Assembly (NCBI RefSeq): GCF_006345805.1
Contig: NC_043010.1
Span: forward strand, 37,200,001 to 37,264,000
Direction of reading: 5' to 3'
Length of the DNA: 64,000 bases
Origin: Octopus sinensis
Taxonomy: Eukaryota
Positions 55,252 to 64,000 of the stretch are shown piece by piece (the first letter of the stretch is position 1; each line of letters starts with the position of its first letter). The position numbers were made by a program, and so were the translations under genes. The notes beneath the pieces were generated by a model that saw only the letters and a list, made by a program, of their open reading frames with translations, ran no database searches and had not been told where the DNA came from.

Positions 55252-56653
55252 AAGAGCAAACAAGATGAGGACAAATATACGTCAATTGTAAATAATGTAA
55301 ATGATGTAAATAATACATTGTTTGAGATTTTGTTGTGATTTTTTATTTTATGAAAGACATTGTAAGATATGTGTAAAAAGCTGGATCTGGTTAGTTTGAA
55401 CACAAAACAGGTAGAATATTTGAGCTAGATATGGTCACTTTAAATGCTAAAGGGTTGATATGCCCTGCCTGTTTTAACCCTTTCATTGCCATATTTTTTA
55501 TTGAAATACACTGGCCTTCATTTCTATTAATATTTTTAAATAACATAGAATTTTGCTTGACAACCGGTGTTGGTGTGTTTGCATCCCCATAACTTAGCAG
55601 TTTCACAAAAGAGGCTAATAGAATAAGTACTAGGCTTTAAAAATGAAGTACTGAGGTCAATTCATTCGACTCCCTTTTGATACCAACCTGTCTAAAACCG
55701 CCTCTGGCTCTGTAGTACAAATGTCTTGTTTTCCAGAGTCCTGAATTAAAATCTTCCACCAAACCTTAGTCACAATCTATGTTCCTAACACCAGCTTAAT
55801 GATAACTAAGTTTTACTAAATTCCTTGTTATATTTAAAATTAATTGAAAGAAACAGAGAGCATCTGAACAGAAATATGGTAATGAAAGGGGTAAGGCGGT
55901 GCTACAGCATGGCCACAGTCTAATGACTGAAACAAGTAAAAGATAAAAGATAAAATTACTGGTGTTTGGAACATATATTTTGGTGGAAGGTTTAAAACAG
56001 GATGTTTACATCAAAGAACTTGGGTCAGTCTCAGGGAGCAGGCTGGTAACAAAAGGATTACCAAGCTACAATAAAATATGTACATGTATGTGTTTATGTG
56101 TGTGTGTGTGTGTGTAAACAAGGTGCTACTTAACAGCTACAGGCCTTACCACACCTACTCTTCTTAGTCTCCCTCATTTCCTTTCTTACCCTTCCTATGC
56201 AAATATGAGAAAAGGTGCATGTGGTGGGCAGTAAAGAGAAAAAGAAAAACCCTGAAGTCAGCTAGTTCCTAAATGAGTGTCTGTGGGAGGAGGGGGAGAA
56301 AGGCACAGGACAAAAGAGATAGAAGGTGGGGATTGTATTATTTAATCCCCCCCCCCATAAATCACAGTACCCCTTATTGGTGCACAGGTGGTGATGGTGG
56401 TGGTGGTGGTCGTCGTCTTGTTCTTGTCTTCTTAGCTGCAATTTTGTTGTTCATTGTAAAGTGTGTCTTACAGGAAGTTCTGATGATGATTATGTTAGTG
56501 TTTTTCTTGTTGTTGCTATTGTTGAGTGGTCTCAGGTTGACCTTGATAGAACAGGCCCTAGATCAGTCATTCTTGACCATTTGTTTTTTTACCTATGGAC
56601 CTCTTTGATTGCTATTTCACTTGGGTTGACCTGCATAGCTATTCAATGTTTAA

Positions 56654-56874
56654 CCCTTTAGTGTTTGCATTATTCTGCCAAAATTAATCCTTTTTTATCC
56701 ACATTGCCTTGAACTAATCAGGCATTATCTTGTAGCTATGAGATTTTGATGAGGTAGCTGTTAATTTTTAAAACGATATTGTAGGACTGGTGTGAGAGAC
56801 CAGATCTGGCCAGTTTGAACATAAAACAGGCAGAATACTTTTGGCCGGATATGGCTGCTTTAAATGTTAAAGGG
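56654..56874 (+). mobile_element. piggyBac-like MITE family 1, uninterrupted copy
   Basis: TTAA (56650-56653) ccctttag ... ttaaaggg TTAA (56875-56878). Confidence 0.8.
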
Positions 56875-57798
56875 TTAATTCAAAATAATGTGAATTGCAT
56901 TATTAGGAATTGCATTAAAGAATGCAAGTATTTTATGTATTGTAACCAATTAATGACACATAGAATTTAACAAAATCTTATGTGGACCCTCTAGAGGTCA
57001 TATAGACTCCTGTTGAGAACCACTGCCTTGGATCAAATCCATTCCAGCTGTGACCATTCCACCTCTCCATTATCCCTTTTTTAGAACTACATTACCCAAT
57101 GTGTTCCTCCCTTTCTCAAGTACTTTGTGTGTGGTTTGAGGGAAATTTAGCTGATATTTCTAGCAGGTTGAATGATGCATAAATACTCTCCCTTTGGTTG
57201 TAATACTGTTGTGAATGATAGTAATGATAAGGGTGACTGTTGGTGGTAGCAGCAATTGTGAGAGTAGATGTAACTGTGATGATGGTGGTGTTGTAGATGA
57301 TAATGATAGTAATAATAATACCACAGATTTGCTTGTCAGTTGTTTGACCTTAACCAGTTGAGCATGTCCCTTAGTGGTTGACAATAAGTGCATCTCTGAT
57401 CACAAACAGAAGTAGTGGGGGAGCATCATAGCCATGTGTTGAGAGGAATTCTTTGGAGTTTGAATAATTCACTTCTGGAGACATGGGTGTTTTGTTCAAC
57501 ATTCTTAAACAACCCTTATTCAAGGACCTTTTGAGCAGGATGGGCTACTCGACCTGAAGAAAATTCTAACTGGGCTCCACCTGCAAGGTCATGTGCTATT
57601 TATCTTGGTATGAGATCACCATGTCATACACATATATGGTTGTGATGCATGTGCCTAGTGTACCCTTATCAGCCGGGTAGTCATGATGGGTATACTGGGC
57701 TTTGTATATTTTACCACAATGTCAGTGTCATGGCATGCACTGCTTCGCTGATGGACTTTCTTTTTCAATTCTCAATGTATGTTTCTGAATCATACACA

Positions 57799-57860
<62 letters not shown>

Positions 57861-58689
57861 ATCTATCTATCTCTTTTTTGTCTCTGTTTCAATCACACTC
57901 TCTCTTTTTATTTTCATTCACCTCTCCCTCTATGTATATACACTATCTCTTCTGTACTCAGATTCTTTGTCTTCCTCCTCTTTCACACATACACATACTC
58001 CTTATTTTCTCTCTCCCTCCTCCTCCCCCTCTCTCTCTCTCAAACATTTTCCTTCTCACACACAAAGAAATGTGTGCTAGTGTGTGTGTGTGTGCACACC
58101 CTCTCTCAGTCATCTGTACACACACACACACAGACGCACTCATACACCTCAACAGTACTTGTTACTATGGTAACGTAGGTTTAATTTTTCAAACTGTTGA
58201 CAAATTGATATGCAACAAACATACTTCAAAGCTTGAGGTGCGTGTGTATGTGTAAGTATGCACATGTATGTATGTAAGTATGTGAGTATATACCTGTGTC
58301 TGCCTATACACACTTGTGTCTTTCAGTGTGTCTGTCTGTACATGCATGTGTATGTACATCTCTGTGTGTACTTAATGTTCCTGTATAATGCATATGATGT
58401 GTCTTGGGAGACTCATATTACGTCAATATCAGTAACACACTCACAGGTTTAATTCCACTTTAACCAATTGACTAATAATAAAGAAGTGGAATTCAACCAG
58501 AGCATGTGTTTATTATTATTGGCATAATGACCCTCCCGAGACACAAGATTTGTTTCAACACACAAATTCTTTTCAAGAGTCTTGCAAACCAATTACAAAA
58601 ACAAAATAGAGAATATTATATTGTCATCAAAGCTGGTCTTGACAATATGTGATGGTCTCTGAATTATAGTATCACCAGCAAATTGCTTT

Positions 58690-58942
58690 GTACTTGCCTA
58701 AACAGGTGTGGTTAGTTGTTTTGTACCTGCCTAAACAGGTGTAGTTAGTTGTTTTGTACCTGCCAAAACAGGTGTAGTTAGTTGTTTTGTACCTGCTAAA
58801 TGGGTGTGGTTAGTTGTTTTGTACCTGCCTAAACAGATGTAGTTAGTTGTTTTGTACCTGCTAAACAGATGTAGTTAGTTGTTTTGTACCTGCCTAAATG
58901 GGTGTAGTTAGTTGTTTTGTACCTGCCTAAACAGGTGTAGTT
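58690..58942. repeat. 33-bp minisatellite, about 8 copies, each with an ACCTG-N6-CAGGT hairpin
   Basis: Unit gtacctgcctaaacaggtgtagttagttgtttt starts at 58690, 58723, 58756, 58789, 58821, 58854, 58886 and 58919 (last partial). Confidence 0.95.
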
Positions 58943-59223
58943 CACTCACAAAACCAACTACTATCCTTCTTAGGTGTAAAACGGCAAAATGTCTCAAGGG
59001 AAGGGAGTTTAAGTTCTCAATATCTTAGCTTTGATCTTTGTAACCAGAATTGATTATATAACCCCAGGTACACATCATGTTTGAATAGCTTTGATCATAG
59101 GTCTGCAAGGTCAGTATTGACCTTGGGCTGAAAAATGCAGCAGCAACAGCAATGTCTAACCACAAACTCAATCTCAGTAGGATTTGAACTCAGAATGGAA
59201 TTTTATATTCACATCGTTCTGTA

Positions 59224-59597
59224 TCTTCTCTCTATATATAAACGGCAGTTTGTCTGTGTGCGTGTCTGTGTGTCTGTTAGGTTGTACCCTCACCCTGACC
59301 ACGGCTTTCAACCGATTCTGATGAAACTTGACACACACATAGCCCAATGTCATAATTCAAAACTAACGCAGCGAAAATTTTGAAAAGTTCCCCCAGTTCT
59401 GAAGAAAATCGATAAATTCGACATGGGGTCGAGAATCAGAAACACAAACCACAGACTGTCTAGGGGACGCAACTCGACCTTTTTAACTAAAAAAAAATTT
59501 ACCATAATTTTTTTTCCATTTTTTGGCTATAACTCTCTAAAAATGCTTTATAGTTATTTCCCTTACAAACCCGAGCAACGCCGGGCGATACTGCTAG
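59224..59597 (+). mobile_element. Non-autonomous Helitron, apparently complete
   Basis: A|TC 5' end (tcttctctctatatataaa), subterminal hairpin cccgagcaacgccggg at 59570-59585, 3' CTAG|T at 59594-59598, no TSD. CpGs are retained. Confidence 0.8.
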
Positions 59598-60033
59598 TCT
59601 GACATAAGTGAAAGAGTTAAACAGATGACGTATTGATTTAGTTATTAGCTTTTTAGGGTTTTGATTTCAAACCCACTGAGTTCTTTGTAGCTCATATTCC
59701 CCGTTGTTGATTGAATTTGTGCCTAGGCATAGCTGTGTGGTTAAGCTTGCTTCCAAGCTACATGCTCTTGGATTCAGCTCCATTGCATGGCACCTTGAGC
59801 AGGGTTCTTCTGCTATAGCCCCAAGCTAACCAAAGCCTTGTGAGAGGATTTACTAGACTGAAACTGAAAGAAACCCAATGTGTGTGTGTGCATGTTTGTG
59901 CATGCTTGTTTTCTTTATTAGTTCTTGCTTTGGTATTACATGATAGTTGTATAAATCGGTGTCGCTCTCATGTAGTTAGTGTCATTTGTATCCAACATTC
60001 TGTAAGAAATGTCAGGCCATGGGGGGAAATATT

Positions 60034-60627
60034 CTTTATTTTTCTACTCTAGGCACAATGCCCAGAATTTGTGGGGAGGGACCAGTCGATTAGATTGACC
60101 TCAGTATGCAACTGGTACTTAATTTATCGACCCCAAAAGGATGAAAGGCAAAGTCAACCTCAGCAGAATTTGATCTCAGAATGTAAAGATAGACGAAATA
60201 CCGCTAAGCATTTCAACTGGCATGCTAACGTTTCTTATTTCTTTATTGCCCACAAGGGGCTAAACACAAAGGGATTAAGTTGATTACATCGACCCCAGTG
60301 CATAACTGGTACTTAATTTATCGACCACGAAAGGATGAAAGGCAAAGTCAACCTGGCGGAATTTGAACTCAGAACGTAACGGCAGACAAAATACCTATTT
60401 CTTTACTACCCACAAGGGGCTAAACACAGAGAGGACAAACAAGGACAGACAAATGGATTAAGTCGATTATATCGACTCCAGTGCATAACTGGTATTTATT
60501 TAATCAACCCTGAAAGGATGAAAGGCAAAGTCGACCTTGACGGAATTCTGAACTCAGAACATAGCGGCAGACAAAATACTGCTAAGCTTTTCACCCAGCG
60601 TTCTAACGATTCTGCCACCTCGCCGCC
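60034..60627 (-). mobile_element. SINE family A trimer flanked by a target-site duplication, inserted into an older interspersed repeat
   Basis: gccatggggggaaatatt (60016-60033) and gccatgggggaaatatt (60625-60641) bracket three core units. The rejoined flanks resemble the repeat at about 3820-3990. Confidence 0.8.
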
Positions 60628-60759
60628 ATGGGGGAAATATTACCTTGCCTGGAGACAGGTGAGGTCTGGTAACAAGAGGAAGAGGATCCAGCCATAGAAA
60701 AATCTGTCTCAATGAACTCAAAATTTGGTTGGTATATCTAGCACAACTGCTCACATTAC

Positions 60760-61870
60760 TACAACTATACCCTGTCTCTACGACTACCTGCCATCTCTAC
60801 AGCTGTCCACAGTCACCATAGTTACCTATTGTCATCACAGATACCCGCCATCACTGCAACTACCCCATACTCACCACAACTACCCACCATCACCATAGCT
60901 ACCTATCGCCAATCACAACAGTTACCCACCATCAATCACCACCGCTACCCACTGTCAGCACAACTGCCCACATTCACCACAGCTATCCACTCTCTTTACA
61001 GCTACCCACTGTCACCACAAGTACCCACCATCTCTACATCTGCCCACCATCACCACAACTATCCACTGTTCGTACAACTACCCAGTATCTCTACAATTAC
61101 CGACCATCACCACTGCTACCCACTGTCAACACAACTACCCACATTCACCATAGCTATCCCTCCTTTTTACAGCTACCCACCATCTTCACAGCTACCCACC
61201 ATCTCCATGGCTACCCACCATCTCCACGGCTACCCACCATCTCCACGGCTACCCACCATCTTCACGGCTACCCACCATCTTCACGGCTACTCACCATCTC
61301 CACGGCTACCCACCATCTTCACGGCTACCCACCATCTTCACGGCTACCCACCATCTTCACGGCTACCCACCATCTTCACGGCTACCCACCATCTTCACGG
61401 TTACCCACCATCTTCACGGCTACCCACCATCTTCACGGCTACCCACCATCTTCACAGCTACCACCATCTCCATGGCTACCCACCATCTCCACGGCTACCC
61501 ACCATCTTCACGGCTACCCACCATCTTCACGGCTACCACCATCTTCACGGCTACTCACCATCTCACGGCTACCCACCATCTTCACGGCTAACCCACCATC
61601 TTCACGGCTACCCACCATCTCACGGCTACCCACCATCTTCACGGCTACCCACCATCTCACGGTTACCCACCATCTTCACGGCTACCCACATCTTCACGGC
61701 TACCCACCATCTTCACAGCTACCCACCATCCCCATAGCTACCCACCATCTCCACGGCTACCCGCTATTACCACAGTTAACCATCCCCAATCACCCCCAGC
61801 TACCCACCACCTCTACCACTAACCATTGTCATCATAACTACCCATCATCGCCACAGCTACCCACTGAAGC
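60760..61870. repeat. 19-bp minisatellite (ctacccaccatcttcacgg) with homogeneous core and degenerate flanks
   Basis: Near-identical units at about 61190-61750; diverged ctaccca-containing units on both sides. Confidence 0.9.
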
Positions 61871-62108
61871 TAACAAGGGCATTCGTAAGGCATTTCTCTG
61901 CCTGCTAGAAACAACAGCCAAATCAGCACGCAAACCATCCTGTAGGACCACAAGAAAGGACATTGTGCTTAATGTAGTCTGAGGTACACTACTCACAAAT
62001 GGAAAATACGGAAAAAAAAATGTATTATTATGGTTTGAATGTTTTTTGATCATAGGACATCAGAGCTGATCTGGAAGGCTAAGCAAGAACCACAACAACA
62101 AAAACACC

Positions 62109-62159
<51 letters not shown>

Positions 62160-62166
62160 GCAACCT

Positions 62167-62211
<45 letters not shown>

Positions 62212-62226
62212 TACTACTACTACTAC

Positions 62227-62257
<31 letters not shown>

Positions 62258-62400
62258 GCTACTGCTAGTACCAATCACTGCTTATAAAAAAAAAAATAAA
62301 CAAGCATTCTTGGAAAAAAAAGATGATAAAAAAAGATAAATTGTTAATCTTTATAGCTTGAATAATTTCTGAAATCTAATTTATTATACTAAACAATGCA

Positions 62401-62432
<32 letters not shown>

Positions 62433-62598
62433 TGGGGAGAGAGGTTGTATGTTTATGTGGTGTGCATATGTATTATGTATATGAGTGTGTGTGTTTGTGT
62501 GTTTCTGTATGTGTGTGGTCTTTGTGATGTGTTTTTATTTAATATTTGTGAGATATGGTTTATTAAATTGACTTGTATTGAAGTAAAATAGAATGTGT

Positions 62599-62635
<37 letters not shown>

Positions 62636-62908
62636 ATGCGTGCGTGCATGCACGTGTGTGTGTGTGTGTGTGGTGAGGTATGCGTATATTTGTATGTAAA
62701 TGTGTGTGTGTGTGTGTGTGTGTAAATGTTTTAGTATGTGTTTGTGTAGATGTGTGTAGAAGTGTATTCACATGTTTGTATATGCATGTTTTGTTTGTGT
62801 AAATCTGAATGATTATTCACACATGTTCGTGTGTGTGTGTATGTGTGTCTATACACATATACATGTGTATGTGTATATATGTATATACATATGCATGCAT
62901 ATATATAC

Positions 62909-62939
<31 letters not shown>

Positions 62940-63369
62940 AATATGTATGTTTGTGTGTGCATGTATATATGTGTCTGTCTGTCTGAATATATGCAAGTCT
63001 GGCTGTTTGTGTGTGTCTTTGTTGTGCTGAAAGTTTTTTTTTCTTTTCTTTTCTTTTGCTTTTATTATTTTTCATTTACCATTCCTACTAAGGTTAAAGA
63101 ACACTTATCAAAATACCAAAAACACAAACAAAAACCTGAATAAATACTAAACAGAGTTTAAAAGATAAATCTATCTCTTCACACACACACACATTCGTAC
63201 TCACATGTGTGTATGTATATGTGTATATGACGATGTCTGTCTCTATATGCCTATATATATGTATGTAATATTTATATGCATATATGTATGTGTGTGTATA
63301 TATATACATATACAAGTATGTATACGTCTCTGCTTCTCTGTACACACACACATGCATATATACACACAC

Positions 63370-63415
<46 letters not shown>

Positions 63416-63558
63416 GTCTCTGCTTCTCTATACACATACATACACAAATATATGTATATATATGAGTCTCTGCATCTGTGTGTGTATATATATATATCTG
63501 CTTCTCTGTACACATACACACAAACACATATATATATGAGTCTCTACATCCATGTGTG

Positions 63559-63593
<35 letters not shown>

Positions 63594-64000
63594 GTATGTA
63601 AGTATGTGTATGTGTGTGTATATATATCTCCGGTTCTGTGTATATGTATCCATTATATCTCCATATCTATCTGTGTGTGTGTGTGTGTGTGCAAATGTAA
63701 ACAAAAGAAAGGCTTTTATAAATGAATCAACCCAAAACCAAACATAATTTAGAAATACAATTTGTAAATATATATGAGTTATCTGTGTAACTGAGCGAGC
63801 TTTATTCCTCTTATTGTTTATGTAGGTAATTGTTTTGTGAGAATGTTTCCTGATTGTTGTGTATACAGGCGCTTCTAAAGGATTTTGATATTTTACTACA
63901 TGTAATGTGTTACACATGTTGATGTATGTATGTATGTCTGTATGTGTGTGTGTGTGTGTCATCATTATCATCATATAATATATGTACATGACTTGTAAAA

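Larger units (their letters stand above)
54615..55307. mobile_element. Head-to-head palindromic dimer of the tRNA-headed, hammerhead-core-bearing element (copies B and C)
   Basis: Symmetry centre gccca|tgggc at 55042/55043. Each arm has A/B boxes, an (AAT)n spacer and CTGATGA-a-ggctg...cagcc-GAAA. 12-bp TSD aaataatacatt at 54603-54614 and 55308-55319. Confidence 0.85.
54538..55454 (+). mobile_element. piggyBac-like MITE family 1, split by the palindromic element
   Basis: TTAA|ccctttagcatt at 54534-54549; the family-1 interior resumes at about 55320 and ends aatgctaaaggg at 55454. Confidence 0.75.

Noticed and set aside
58690-58942. CRISPR array
   Set aside because: Units are directly adjacent with no unique spacers, there are no cas genes, and the context is eukaryotic.
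60829-61737. 302-aa protein-coding gene
   Set aside because: Explained by a 19-bp minisatellite lacking stop codons; kept only as a low-interest finding.
62400-63989. ORFs of up to 248 aa rich in Y/I/T/H or V/C
   Set aside because: Translations of (AC)n/(AT)n compound microsatellites; the same applies to similar ORFs throughout the window.

Overview
AT-rich eukaryotic DNA saturated with microsatellites ((AC)n, (AT)n, (CAT)n, (AAT)n), tRNA-derived SINEs, LINE 3' remnants, MITEs and Helitron-like elements. The repeat landscape suggests an octopus (coleoid cephalopod) genome; this is an inference, not a database result. I can support only one protein-coding exon: 7517-7702 (+), 62 codons, matching exon 2 of MAEA (CTLH/GID E3 ligase subunit). 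I found no other MAEA exon, so the rest of the window is most simply intron. Nearly all ORFs in the supplied track are artefacts of simple repeats. The most interesting structure is a non-coding element with a tRNA-like Pol III head, an (AAT)n spacer and a hammerhead-ribozyme core (CTGATGA / helix II / GAAA). It occurs as a head-to-head palindromic dimer with a 12-bp target-site duplication (54615-55307) and again at 5575-5884 with a truncated inverted arm. It is a candidate Penelope-dependent, ribozyme-bearing SINE. Ribozyme activity is not established, because helix III and the cleavage triplet cannot be cleanly reconstructed from these copies. Other notable items: SINE multimers with recurrent junctions, a second tRNA-headed element with inverted repeats, Helitrons sharing termini but not interiors, nested insertions that give a relative chronology, and mariner, RTE and CR1 fossils.
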